Source of the DNA: a virus
Taxonomy: Duplodnaviria > Heunggongvirae > Uroviricota > Caudoviricetes
Virus record (IMG/VR): IMGVR_UViG_3300021255_000128
Location: 64,001 to 128,000 of that record
Direction: 5' to 3' (one strand)
Length of the DNA stretch: 64,000 bases
This document shows positions 38,783-51,192 of the stretch, one piece after another. The position numbers and the translations under genes were made by a program. The notes beneath the pieces are model-generated. The model was not told where the DNA came from, searched no databases, and was given only the letters and a program-made list of their open reading frames with translations. The first letter of the stretch is position 1, and the number at the start of each line of letters is the position of its first letter.

Positions 38783-41700
38783 TTATTGGTTTTGTTTGTA
38801 ATAACAGTTTAATAATCGCATCATTCAGCTGTTTAACTGCCTGTGCCGAGTCTTTTGAATTTTGTAATAATAATTCCGGATATGGATCTTTTGAATAAGT
38901 TACAGCAGAGCGTTTACCTTCGGAAGAAATTTTAGTTCCAGATTTAGCAATTCTAATATTTCTATCTATCCTATTTCTAAACGATGGTGACAAATTCCAA
39001 TAAAGATTATCATAGCCTAATTCTTGTTTCTTTAATGCTAATCTAGTATTAAGAGAAGCTAATTCTTGAGCCAATGCATCACCTTCTAACTTTCTCCTTT
39101 CTATAGCCAACCTTTCATTACGATACCATTTGTCCAAATCACCAAGCTTCTGTGTATAGGCCCGACTTCCTTCAAGTCCTTGCATTGTTTGATAATTACG
39201 ATTGTATCAATCTTGAGTAGCATAAGCAGCTTGATCGAAGAACTTAGATTTTTCAGCAATATTAGCATTCTTTGCTTGAACATCTTCGATACCATGCTGC
39301 CAACGAAGCTGACCATTCTGATTAGCTATTTCAGTATTACGAAGAATGTTGTTATTATTAAACTCATCCAATCCAGCTTTATATTGACCGTATTCCTGAG
39401 AATCTGCTAAAGCACCTTGTAATTCAAGTTGTCTTGCTTCTTGCTGACGTGAACGCTGCATTAAATCATTTTGCATTGCATCAGACGTAACAGGCTTTGA
39501 CATTCTTGCATTATCAGCTTGGACTCTATATGCATTACCAGTACCAGTATTAATGTATCTTGGAGCATTTAACAGCGGTCCTTGCATTTGATACTTCGGA
39601 CGATTTAAGAAGTTATCTAACTGCTTATCGCTCTGTCTCATCGCATATAACGAACGAGCTCAGTTAAGAGGAACATTTAAATCAGGGTTATATTTTTCAA
39701 CAGAGAATGTACCTTGACTATCATTGTTTGTCAAAGTGGTATGATTTGTATTTCTATTAGAAACAAGGTCAAGATTTATAACATCTTGTTGATTATCGAG
39801 ATATTTTTGCAATTCGTCTCCTTCTTGCGCTCTAACAATTTTACCACCTTTCTTAAATAAAGGCTGCATTACTGCACCAGATGGCTGTTGATCTTGGTTT
39901 CTCTGATAATTTGCCGCAGTAAACGGATTAATTCATTGAGGAAGTGCAATGCCTTGTCTCTGTGTACTAACTTGTCTGACAACTGCTGGAAGATTTGGTT
40001 CAAGTAACATTAATTCTGAACGATTCCCAGAAGGTAGTACGATTTCTTGCCTTAACGCAGGTTCGCCTTGTAATTGTGCTCTATACGCTTTCTGTTTATC
40101 TCCAACACCATATCACCAATCATGCCAGTTATTACCATTAGCCTGTTCAGTAGTTTCTGTCTTAACCGCTTTCTTTTTAGCATTAACTACAATATCGCCA
40201 TCTTTACCACGTACACGTTGTCAAATAGTTTTCTTTTCTCTTAGTAAAGATTCAGCTGCTGCGGCAATATCTTTATCTGCTGCATTAGGTGCCTTTGCTT
40301 TTATGGCTTCACGTAATGCTTTTGGTTGATCCGAAGCAGATAAAACTTTTTTGATTGCAGTATCATCAAGAGTAACATCTGTATCTCCAATCTTAAAGTT
40401 TTCTGAATAGGCTTTTGTTTTTGTAGTTTTTGTACCTTTGCCAAATCCACCAGACTTACCGATTCCAACACCAGCAGTAATAGCATTTACAAGCATATCG
40501 ACATCACGAGCTGTAAATTTCTGTCCAGATGCGATCTTATTTGCAGTTTCAACAACTCCTGCACCAAGTCCATAAACAGATGCTGCTTTAACAATTGTAG
40601 GTAACGCTTTTTTGACAGCATTTGGAATTCTGGCAATCTTTCCTGCACCTCCAAGAATAGGTAATAACATTGTGGCATCCATTCCAAGATTTAACAAATA
40701 ATTAGGAATAGCACCTTTTGTGCCTCTACTTAAATCAGCATATAATCTTGCAGTAGAACCCGTTGCACCAGTAGCAACAGATGCAAGATTTGCGCCAGGA
40801 ATAAATGCAGTAGTAAGAGAACCTAAATCTGCAGCAAGAGCTACCATATCAGCTGTATCAGCATCCGTTCAATTCTTACCTCCTATTTCAGAAACTCCAG
40901 CAGCATTTTTTGGATTAGTGCTTGTAGTATTTACTCTTTTTTCAGTAACCGCTGTTGCAGTTTTAGCACCACCAGCAATACCGCCTTTTTGATCTTTTAA
41001 TATACCGCCGTTCTTTTCAAATTGTGGTGCTGTAACAAGCATATTATCTCTACGTTGAGCACGAGATCCCCTTCTATTATTTCTAATAGCTTCTACAAGT
41101 TGTTTAACTTCTTGCTCTGAGAATCCCATTTTTCTAAACTGATTAGATAAACTACTAAAATTCCAAAATTCGTTATCCCCTTGTCTAAACCCAGATTGTA
41201 CCAATGTAGATAAAGCTGTCATAAAGTTCTTTTTATTTTGAGCATTACCTACAACATTATTTAATCAGTTTGGATTATTTGCAAGGATTTGAGCAACCTC
41301 CTTTGGAAGTACAATATCTTGATTCTCAGTTCCGTTTGCATAAATTTGTGGCATATGAAGAATTACATCTTGATCTGGATTATCTATACTTCTATAGAAT
41401 CTAAATCCAGTAGCTTGTCCATTTTTATCAAGAATGTCTTCATAATAACGATTGTTATATGCACTATTATTTCTTCCAACAGTACGTTTATATGTATTTA
41501 ATCCAGTTTCTCTAGCTTGTCCGTTTTCTAATCGAATTACTTCTTCAGGAGTCAGCTCTCTTTCTAAACCACCTCGATTGTTTAAAAGTGCATACTTATA
41601 GTTATATCTACGATAAGGTCCTTCTAATGAATCATCTCCAAGGTTTACATACTGAATTAACTGTTGATCGTCTGTCATTCCATTAGTGGTAGCAAGTCCA

Positions 41701-42923
41701 GTTAAATCGGAAAAACGATAATTAGGATTTGCTGAAAGAAATGTTGAGTATTGATCAGGCTTTAAATAAGCAGGATTTTCACGAGCAAGATCTGTGAATC
41801 GAGTTAAAATTTGATTATCTGCACCAGTCCAATTACCAGATTTCATCATAGCATTAAAACCTCCATCTGCATTTAAAATTCTAGCTAATGTTGGATTGTC
41901 TAATGCATATAAACGATTGTTATAAAGAGTATAATTCCTATAAGGATCAAAGGAACCGTCTGCTCCATAACGACTGTTAAAGAAATCATCATTAAATCAT
42001 ATATTCCTTCCTTCTAAATCGCCAAGATTCCATCCTCAGGATTCTCCTTCATTTAAAGATATAGAACCGTCATCATTTATGTGTGCTCGTCCACCTAAAA
42101 GATCTGCAAGTCCACCATGGCCAGCATTATTCCATTTTGTTCTATCAGCAGCAGATAGTCCACTTCCAGAAGTTGTTGCAGTTGCTTCATCCGGTTCAAC
42201 AATATTGAAATTGGCAAGAAAAGCTCTATCTTCAGCAGATAAAGTATTTGATTTAGCACGTTCAGCAATAGCATCTAGGCCAGCTTGCCAAGTTTCTGGA
42301 GTATACTTTCCATATAAACCTTGTAATGCAGCAACTCTATCAGGAGTATATCAAGAGCCTAAACGATATGTTTTTTTACCCGCTTCAGGATCTTTTAAAT
42401 ATGATGTAACATCGGCAAGACGTTGTGCAATTGCAATATTTTCACCTGCATTATCCAATCAAGTCTTATTTCCGTCTTTATCTACATCATATTTATACCA
42501 GGTTTTATCACCATAAATATCCTTTAAATTGGAGGTTTTATCTTCCGTTTTATCATTTGGTTGTCAATGAAATGTTCCTATAGCGGTAAGAGCGTTTCTA
42601 AATCTGTGAGCATCTGTATCAAATTGTGCATCCCAGAATTTTCTTCAACGACTTGTATTTGCTCTACGGTTTTCATTTTGTCTATCAGTAATGCCACCCC
42701 ACAATCCATTCATACCAGTAATGGTATTACTTGCACTGTTGTAAGTAAGATTCTCTCCATTCTGAAGAGCATTAGTTAATCCAGCTAATGTTTGTGCATC
42801 AGTACCAGCAACACTACCAATATGATCAGTTAACGCATTGATAAACTCTGGAGTTGCATCATATTTAATTCCATCAATTGTAATGGAACCACCTGATTGT
42901 AGTTTTTTAATAACTTGACTCAT
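38772..42923 (-). CDS. Putative capsid cargo/ejection protein with hydrophobic membrane-insertion segments, about 1383 aa
   Basis: Seven ORF-track fragments in one frame joined through TGA. KLQSGG N-terminus, Ala/Gly-rich hydrophobic region (40221-40850), Gln-rich coiled-coil C-terminus. Confidence 0.78.
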
Positions 42924-42936
42924 TTACATTATGAAT

Positions 42937-42971
42937 TAAAAAACTCGGGACTTGTGTCCCAAATCCCGAGT
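42937..42971 (-). terminator. Intrinsic terminator after the 102-aa gene
   Basis: Minus strand ACTCGGGATTTG-GGACA-CAAGTCCCGAGT-TTTTTAATT. Confidence 0.8.
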
Positions 42972-42991
42972 CAAGTTTCTACTATCTTAAA

Positions 42992-43300
42992 TTATTTTAC
43001 AACAAGTTGAACTGTTGCAGGTTTGCGGGAAGCAATCTTACCACCCTTACCAAATACGGGTTGTGCTTCAGCTTGGCCCTGTGCTTGTTGAATAAGTTCA
43101 AGGAACATTTGTGCACCTTGTGCAAGCATTGAGCAATCTTGTGCTTGTAGGCCCTGCATAAACATTTCAGCAATTGCCATAAGAGGATCTTGTTCTGTAC
43201 CTTGTTCAGGTATTCCAGCCTCAGCGGGCATAGGTTCTGCACCAGGAGCTGCTTCAGGAGCTGCTACAGCTCCACCCATTTGTAATTTACGAAGCTTCAT
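42992..43300 (-). CDS. Small Ala/Glu/Gln/Pro-rich protein, 102 aa, monocistronic
   Basis: Has its own promoter and terminator; begins MKLRKLQMGG and ends ..FGKGGKI.. Confidence 0.8.
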   Translation of the reverse strand: MKLRKLQMGGAVAAPEAAPGAEPMPAEAGIPEQGTEQDPLMAIAEMFMQGLQAQDCSMLAQGAQMFLELIQQAQGQAEAQPVFGKGGKIASRKPATVQLVVK

Positions 43301-43363
43301 ATACTTAATTATTTTAAATTGTTAATATAATGTGTAATCTCTTATTTTCATATCAATCAGACG

Positions 43364-43395
43364 CAAATATACTAAAATAATTCCAATTATCCAAA
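43364..43395 (-). promoter_or_regulatory. Bacteroidota sigma-A-type promoter (-33 TTTG / -7 TAnnTTTG)
   Basis: Minus strand TTTG-N20-TATATTTG(CG), upstream of the 102-aa gene. Confidence 0.8.
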
Positions 43396-43415
43396 TTTTT
43401 ATTATAGAAAATTCA

Positions 43416-43447
43416 TTTGGAAATGTCGATTTTTCTTCTTACCTTTG
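43416..43447 (+). promoter_or_regulatory. Bacteroidota sigma-A-type promoter, antisense to the late module
   Basis: TTTG (43416-43419), N20, TACCTTTG (43440-43447). Confidence 0.75.
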
Positions 43448-43470
43448 TAACCAGAACGATTGGAAAAAGA

Positions 43471-43539
43471 ATGCGAATGACTAAATTTAGTACTGCGTTA
43501 AACAATATTGACCCATATCAGTTCTATTATGCCCTCTAG
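43471..43539 (+). CDS. Candidate small ORF, 22 aa (MRMTKFSTALNNIDPYQFYYAL), or part of an sRNA
   Basis: Lies between the + strand promoter and terminator; ATG 43471, TAG 43537-43539. Coding status is unproven. Confidence 0.4.
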   Translation: MRMTKFSTALNNIDPYQFYYAL

Positions 43540-43568
43540 TGTTAAACTAGGGGGCTTTTTTGTTTTTT
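43531..43568 (+). terminator. Intrinsic terminator of the antisense unit
   Basis: GCCCTCTAGT-GTTAA-ACTAGGGGGC followed by TTTTTTGTTTTTT. Confidence 0.85.
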
Positions 43569-44250
43569 ATACATATTCTGGATCGCGATTGTCTTGTGCT
43601 TTAATCTCATTGAATACATAGCGTCCCAAAGACTTATAATCTTTATCTAATTGAGATAAATAAGCTTTTTTAGCTTTGCGAATTATTACTTTTGTAGCAT
43701 GACGACTAAATATTCTACAACCACTTGCAATTTCAGCCTGTACATTACCATCAGAACCATAAATATAAAGCTTATTAATATTTACTTCTGGATGTTCGTC
43801 TTCTTCAGAATCATCGTCATCTTCTGGTTCAGGTTCTGCTTCTGGTTCATCGTGTAAAGATAGATTTGTATAAGCACCTTGCGGAATTTGCTCAGATTGA
43901 TTCAACTCAATAACTCAATAAATTGGTTCCGATTCTTCAGTTATTAACGTTTCAGAAAGAGGCTCTCCATTATGAGCGGAAATAACAACTCCATCTTTAT
44001 TGATAAATAGAATGCGTAAAGCAATAGTTGTATCTTTCATTCAGAAAGATAAATCATTTTGTGGATTATCAGAATAATCAAATAAAGCACCCTCGTTATC
44101 AGCCATATCATCTACATTTTGTAGACCACGTTGCTTTTCTTCTTCAGAATAAAGATATAATAAATTATATGTTTTGTTTCCTATTGTTACAGGAACCATA
44201 TCGAGTTCTGATTCAAATTGGCCACCTTCACCATAAAGATTAATTTCCAT
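43567..44250 (-). CDS. DUF192-family protein fused to an acidic linker and a C-terminal helical domain, 227 aa
   Basis: EKQRGLQ..EGALF..SFW(TGA)MKDT..LRILFIN..G..W(TGA)VIELN follows the DUF192 pattern (FWMKNT). Confidence 0.82.
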
Positions 44251-45490
44251 TTTCTACCTCCTCTGTTATTTGACCTGTATTATCTTGAGTGTTATCAATA
44301 ATTTCAGCAACTAATAGTTTACCAGCTTCAATCATTGCTTCATCAGAACCGTCTTTCATAAGTTCTTCGATTTTTTGAGTTACTTCAAGACGTAAAACAA
44401 TTTCATCTCGTTCAATCTCAGCAACCTGATTTCCTTGTTCATCTAATACAGGAATACCTTTACGAGTAACTTCTTCTAACTGTTCTCCTGTATCTTGTAA
44501 ATGATTTAATCTAGCATGTAAAGCACCTTCTGGTAAAATGTTAGTATCTGTTCCAATTACTCCACCTTTCTGAAGTTTTTGTTTAGCAAGAATAGCTTGG
44601 AGTTCTTTGCGGGACATTATTTTCATGCCATTCTTTCCTATAGCATGAACCATATAATTAGTGCCAGCATAACGATTAAGATTCTGTTGTGCTAAATCTC
44701 TAGAGTAATCTGATTGTTTACGTAAACTATTTGTACGTCCAATTTCATTAATTAATGAAACCTGATCGTTGGCACCATGAATATAATCATTCATTTTATT
44801 TTGTCCAATTCCAAATAAAGTACGTTTTCCACTAAGTTTTCCAGCAGCGTCAACATCTTTTTCTGAACCAGAATATCCAGCAAGAACAGATTGACCCTCC
44901 CGGTTAAATGTTTGTGCATCAGCTGTTTTATTTGGAGAAAATGCAGCCATTATCAAACTATTTCCAGGAATAGCATTCATAGCATTGTTGAGGAATCTTG
45001 CTCCACCAGATACTCCAGCTCTATTACCAGCAGTTTTATCAATATCATCGATATGGAAACCTGTTGCATCACCAATAGCATCTACTACTTTTGCTGCAGC
45101 TCCGATTGCCATAGCAATAGGATTTCCTGAATTAATTGCAGCAGATGAAATTGAATCTCTAATACCAAGTGTTTGATCCGATACAGTATTATTCATCTGA
45201 GTAAATGCTGGAGATATTGCACTAATACCTTTAGCTATTGGGTTTATAACATTTGGAAAATTTCCTAAACCACCTTGTGTTAAAGTAGCTCAATTTTTTC
45301 TTCTATTCTGTTTTGCCTGTTCTTCTTGATTAGATTTATATTGTGACAAACCTGCCAAACCAGGTGTATTTAAAGGTGATGCCGAAGTATTAAACTGTGG
45401 CATCGCCTTTTTTTGCGCAGATATGATAGGCGCTTCAAGATTTACAGGTTTTATTCCGCTATTTAAATTTTGTTCTTCTCTTGTCGCCAT
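44240..45490 (-). CDS. Putative cargo protein, 416 aa
   Basis: 45290-45490 and 44240-45196 joined through TGA. Gly/Ala-rich hydrophobic region, KLQKGG motif, ILPEGALHAR..AEIERDEI C-terminal domain. Confidence 0.72.
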
Positions 45491-45492
45491 AA

Positions 45493-48400
45493 CTAACTAT
45501 AACTTATATTTTCAAATGTTGTAACGCCATTAATTATGGCTAATCTATCACCTTTATATTTAATTCTAATTTTAATTCATTTATCTCTAAGTTTTGCAGA
45601 AACAAATGGATCTGTTTCTTTAAACTCAGATATATTTGGATTTTTTAAATTAGCATTATATCTTAAAGGTTCTATATTTGTATATCAACCATCCTCTTTA
45701 TATTGGATATTACCTAACCTACGTCCATATGTTTCTAGATTCTTACAAACTTGATTTACAACTAATGTATGCGTATCAAGTACCTTATCGTAATTTACAG
45801 AAGCATTATAAAAAATAGGTTTAAAATTAGAAATATCATAGTTTTCTTTTGTAAACTGAGTTAAATCTTTTCTATAAGGTCTATCTTCTCCAGAATTGCC
45901 ATAAATGTTATAACCATCGTGATAGATTCTAGCCTTATTAAACAGATAATCATCACCAATAAATTCAAATTCTATTTCTATTGGTTGAACATTATTAGAG
46001 ATAATTATTAAATCTTCAAAGATTTTATGTAAGCCAACAGGCTCATTTACTACAAATTCAAACTCAAAAGGATGTTGTTCTCCATATCATAACGTAGGAT
46101 AGAACTGATAATCCACTCCTGTTCTCCCATGCTTTCACATGGTTATATTGTTTTCATTATTAAAAGGAACACATTTAATAGAATAGAACGTATTATTTAT
46201 ATTTCCGGAAAATAGTGGAAGCCAATCATATCTTGTTACTCATAACGCTTGCCTCTCATTATAACAAAGATTTCATTCAATACCTTCATTATAGAATGTG
46301 AACATTACATCACCTTTATAGTTGTTATAATGTGTTTTCACATTTGTTTCTCCAATAATAGTCTGTCTAGTAAGATTTAAATTTATATTATCGTTTAAGA
46401 AACGTTGCAATTTTAAATCAGAAATAGTTTCTAATCCATTTTTATCAGTATATCTTCATATTTTTTTAGCAGAAGTATCTACACCATATATTCCAATAGG
46501 TGTTCTTATCACAGAATCTGGTCATAATGTACCATAATCTTGTGAAATTACAGATAATTGCTCTGGTAAAACACCATGCCCATAAATATGAATAGTTTGT
46601 TCAGTAGTTGTTTGCATTAATGCTTTTTCGTTTATTGGCACGATTGCAATACCATGTTCAAATACGCAGAATAAATTATTACCCCATGGTAATAATTTCA
46701 TGATTGCACCATATTGTTTTGTATAATCTTGATAAGATGCACCTTGGAAAGTTCTATATCCATTAGTAAAAGCATCAGTTACACTAACATTACTAAACAT
46801 TATCCTATTGGCAAAATCATTTCTGTCATAAGGTGTGTCTTGTTTTATTGTATAACGTCTTCTACCAACAGTAGCATTGTATCCGTCATTTAGAAGCATT
46901 GAATCTTCAAGTTTCATTCCTGTAGAAGTAGAAGCTCCAATTAAAGGATAAAAACTTCTTGGATTTCCCATTAATGCCATTTCAGATACATTTGTAGTAT
47001 CTTCTGAACGTAATCCAAGATTACTACTAGCAAGACATTTAAATGTGATTCAATGTCCTAATGAAACTGTATTTAAATCAGAAAGATTTATTTCATCTCA
47101 ATGTGTATAATTATTTCACTCAGATTTACTTGGATCATCTACATAATTAGGAGCAGTTTTGTCATAGCCTTTATAATATTCTGCTCAAGCGTTAGGCTTA
47201 ACTATTTTATCAGTAACAGGTGCAGTAGCATCAATAAAGTTTCTATGCATTCTAAGTGTTACTGTATTAATAAAACAATCACCTCTAAATACATTTAATA
47301 AACCTTCCACTAATTCATATGATCCGTTTAGTGATATTTTATTAGAAACTGCATAAAACTCTGCATAATTATTTGCTCTAGTTATAAAATCAGCCTTATA
47401 ATCATCACTGTGTGGAATTCGAATATTATAAAGTATATTTGGTTCAACATTATTAGATACAGCTCCAATAAAAGGCGTGAATTGACCTCTTACAATGTTT
47501 TCTTCTTCTCCTTGATGTTCAGAATCAAATTGTGGTTCTTCTTCAAGAAAACCGAAAGAACTAACGTTAATTCCGTCTCCAGCTTGAGTAGAAAATCCAA
47601 CATTATCAATATATTTTAATGGTGTGTTTTGAGGAATGTATGTTAATTTAGCATCAGTATTTTCTTTAGAAGTAGATTCATAATTTACTCCAACGAATAC
47701 TATACCGTTACGTTTTAAGGTACATTTGTTAGTTGGATCTAATGTAAATGTTGTTCCGCAAAGTAAAGATTGGATTTCTGGATTTACCATTGCTTCTAAA
47801 GACAATAAACCACTACCGCCTTCTTGTACAGTATCGATAAATCTATCTTTTTCTAAATCCATTCCAACTTGGTCTGAATCAATTTCAGTATGTGTGGTAT
47901 TATAATTGTCTACTGATTTTGGTTCTTCAGAAACTAATGTTACATGAAGTACATTTCTAGCAACTTCTATGCAAGCTTGAATCATTTGCTCTCTAGTAGC
48001 CTTTGTGATTTCCTTTGTGTCAGTATAATATTTATAATCTAGATCTTTTCCTTTTGGCCCAATTAAAGACATTCCTCTAAAGTGCCCTCCAGTTCAAGTT
48101 TTTCAAGTAGCTTCATAAATATAAAAGACCGGATCATTTGTTCCATTTTTAATTACATCCCCATCAATACTAATTTCTTTATATGTTAGTTCTCTATTTC
48201 CAGATGTAATAAAACTTTGAGCGTAATATTTATCATTGTATTGTAACATTGGAATATAACACTCTTTATCAATACCGATTCCAAATCCTTGACAAACAGT
48301 TATAGGCATTCTTTTTTGGCGAACAATAAAATAACCTATAATATCATTATTTTTCAGACGATCGATGACGGAATTGTCCAATTTAAATGTAAAGTATAAT

Positions 48401-50211
48401 GGACGAGCGGTCTCATTATATAATATATTTACATCGGGTGTTTTAAATACACCAGCTATATTATCTAACTTAGTTGTAGTATCAAGGAACAATCCATCTG
48501 TTGGTTTATTACCTTGATATTTTCTATGAGAATCATCCATATTAGTCTCATATAAATCATCAAATCTACAACCTTTTAAGTTAAATGCTTGTGTATATGT
48601 ACCATCAGATTTAATATAAACTATTCCAAACCTATATAATTCATTTGGTCAGTATCCAAGCTTATAGTATATATTTTGAGGATTATAGTATTCTGCATTC
48701 AGTGTATCATTTGCACCTTCCTTTCCAGGCTCATAATTTCAGACATTTACACTACCAATATTTAAATCAGATTGTTCAATTCCAACTTGAATATCGTAAC
48801 TTATTTCTTGTAAAGTTACATTGTTTGGAGAAGAAGTAGAGATATTTCCTAAAAACAACATGTTTTGTTGTTGAGCTATTGCTTTTGCCGAAGAAATACT
48901 GTAATATGCAATGTTCAATTCTTCAACAGATATATCTGTTGTAGATTCAACTCCAGAAATAGTTAATACTTGACTATTACCAGTGATTTTAAAAGGTTCG
49001 ACCAACTCTTTACATTCAGTTAGTCTATATCCATTTAAATCACAATATTCTCTTGTATAGTAAGCATATATTCTAGAATAATTAGTATCAATGTTAAATA
49101 AAGATAATTGTACTAATTTATCAGTTAATTCATTAGAAAATGCACCAGAAATCGTTTTTGGTTCATTAGGAGTTCCTTTAAATATAGATACAATTCCAGA
49201 TTCACAAACAATATCTGTTTTATTTCCGTCATCGTCTCCAAATTTAAAATAGAACGTATAATTACCACCTTTTAATTGTCCACCAGCTTGTACACCATCC
49301 TGTTCTCATTCGCCATTTTTATTATACTTACCTAATTCAACATATGTAAATTTTTCTGAATTATTGATAAGTCTGGTAGTTCTATCAATACTTTCTACAG
49401 TATAATAATTTGTTTTTACACCTTGATTTCGCTTTACAAATTTACCTTTTCCGTTTTCTAAAACAGCAAATCCAGAATTTATTAATCTTGGAACATTCTT
49501 ATCATCAGTTAATATAAGATTTACAGAGCCATCATAAGATGGTTGTACCTCTATTGATAGAGGATGTTTTTCATCGTAATTATTTAACTCCGTTGTTCGG
49601 AATATTTCGGAATTCCCTTCATCTGATTCTAATAAATTATGTAAAGGCCTATAAATAGGTTCAAAAGGTAATTCTAATTCAAGATTATCTCTAATATTAC
49701 TTGGATCAAGTGATGGAAAAGATCCGATTTCAAATTCAGAAGATGGACGTGATTCTATTTTAAAATCGATACCAGCTATATTAGGAAGAATTTCGGTAAA
49801 TAGATTAATTTTTGAGTCTTTGTATAACGGAAGACCTTCGTCAAAAATATTATATAATTCTTCTTCATCTAAACTATATAATTTATCATCAGCTGCCTGA
49901 ATAATAGATGCAATTACCTCTTGTTTATTTGCTCCTTCTTTAAGTGTAGCAGAAGCATACATTGTTTGAGAATTACTTACAGAAACAATGTAAAATATAT
50001 CTCCAAATTCTGTAAATCCTATTGGATAAAAACCATCAGACAAAGAAGTGGTGAATACATTTCCCATATCATTTTGTAATGACAATTCGTTGCCATTATA
50101 TGTTATAAATGTACCATTCAAATTATCTGTAAGTACAGTATTTGGAGTATTCATTGGGTTTAAATCTTTATTTAACCCGTCTTTTCACACATTTGTCGCG
50201 GTTTCTTTCAT
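45493..50211 (-). CDS. Tail stabilisation / muzzle protein (crAss-type), about 1572 aa
   Basis: True start ATG 50211 (..W KDGLNKDLNP..LTDNLNGT..NGNE..LQNDMGN). Contains LGYWPNELYRFGIVY, PTLWYGEQHPFEFEFVV and RDKWIKIRI; ends TAG. All internal stops are TGA. Confidence 0.85.
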
Positions 50212-50749
50212 AACTTACAGGTTCAATTTCTCCGTTTGAATTTCTCTTACAAATGTATTCAGCATATTTAACTGTATAATTCGTCTTAAACATCGTAAAA
50301 CCACAATCTTCTGGATATTTAACTCTGAAAAAATGCTTTAATCTTCTATCAGATGTACATTCTTCTAAAATTTTATAAAATATCATTTTCTCAAAGTGAA
50401 TGTTACGTCGTTTTTTATTATACACAAATTTTAAATTATTAAATATAGTATCATTTAATCCAAAATAATAATATCCTGAATATTGTGTTTTAGCTTTTCG
50501 ATATTTAATTCGAAGTTTTATTTTTCATTTAATTTGAGAGTATTTTAAAAACAATAATGTATTGTTAAATAATTTTCCAAAGTACATTGTGTATTTAGGG
50601 TGTTTTAATAAAACATCTCCCCCATACAAATTTAACATGTATAGTGATGACAATCCATGTTTTATAATTTTATCAACTTGTTTCTTTGATAACTCTGGAA
50701 ATTTTTTAAGGATTTTATCATAATACTTTTCACAAGTAGCTAATTCCAT
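50168..50749 (-). CDS. Conserved crAss tail-module protein (annotated IHF-like), 193 aa
   Basis: 50525-50749 and 50168-50425 joined through one TGA. KFPEL..LNLYGGDV motif; synteny before the muzzle gene. Confidence 0.6.
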
Positions 50750-51192
50750 TAATAATACACTTTACCATTATTTATATAACTGTAAAACAGTTGTTTCATC
50801 TTATCATTAATATATATTGGTTTATCTCGTTCTCCACCTCTATAATTATATGAAAAAAATAATTGATAGCCTTTGAATAAAGAACTAAGAAAATCAATTC
50901 CCATAAATTTACCTCTGGAATATAATTTTTGAAATAAATCTCCATCAAATACTTTTACGTGTATCATTGCGTGTCTATTACCTTTTAAAGGTAATACGAA
51001 TGTAACATTGTTTTCAATAATGTCTAATAATACAAAAAACATATAATAGAGAAATATTTTAGCTAAAAATTCAATTGGACATTCACAATGATATTTATCT
51101 CTATATATTTTTGGTCCTATTCCAAGTTGTTTATAATTCCAATTTTCAAATAAATCTCGAGAAGTAAAACAAAATCCTGTATAATACCTCAT
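50749..51192 (-). CDS. Conserved crAss tail-module protein (annotated IHF-like), 147 aa
   Basis: YTGFCF..LF..DIIENNVTFVLP..GKFMGIDFL.S.F.GYQ motif; TAATG-coupled on both sides. Confidence 0.62.
   Translation of the reverse strand: MRYYTGFCFTSRDLFENWNYKQLGIGPKIYRDKYHCECPIEFLAKIFLYYMFFVLLDIIENNVTFVLPLKGNRHAMIHVKVFDGDLFQKLYSRGKFMGIDFLSSLFKGYQLFFSYNYRGGERDKPIYINDKMKQLFYSYINNGKVYY

Noticed and set aside
39949-42779. Opposite-strand and alternative-frame ORFs in the track (for example 39949-40329, 40720-40992, 42079-42516; likewise 34424-34762, 52703-52960, 56253-56531)
   Set aside because: They are shadows of long genes on the other strand or frame, with no recognisable motifs or expression signals.
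43800-43860. Acidic low-complexity tracts (EPEAEPEPEDDDD; also near 31100-31250 and 59500-59620) as tandem repeats
   Set aside because: They are protein linker composition, not nucleotide-level repeat arrays.
12887-50211. Dozens of short same-frame ORF fragments suggesting pseudogenes or a decayed prophage
   Set aside because: The fragments share one frame per gene, every internal stop checked is TGA, and catalytic motifs are intact. This is recoding, not decay.
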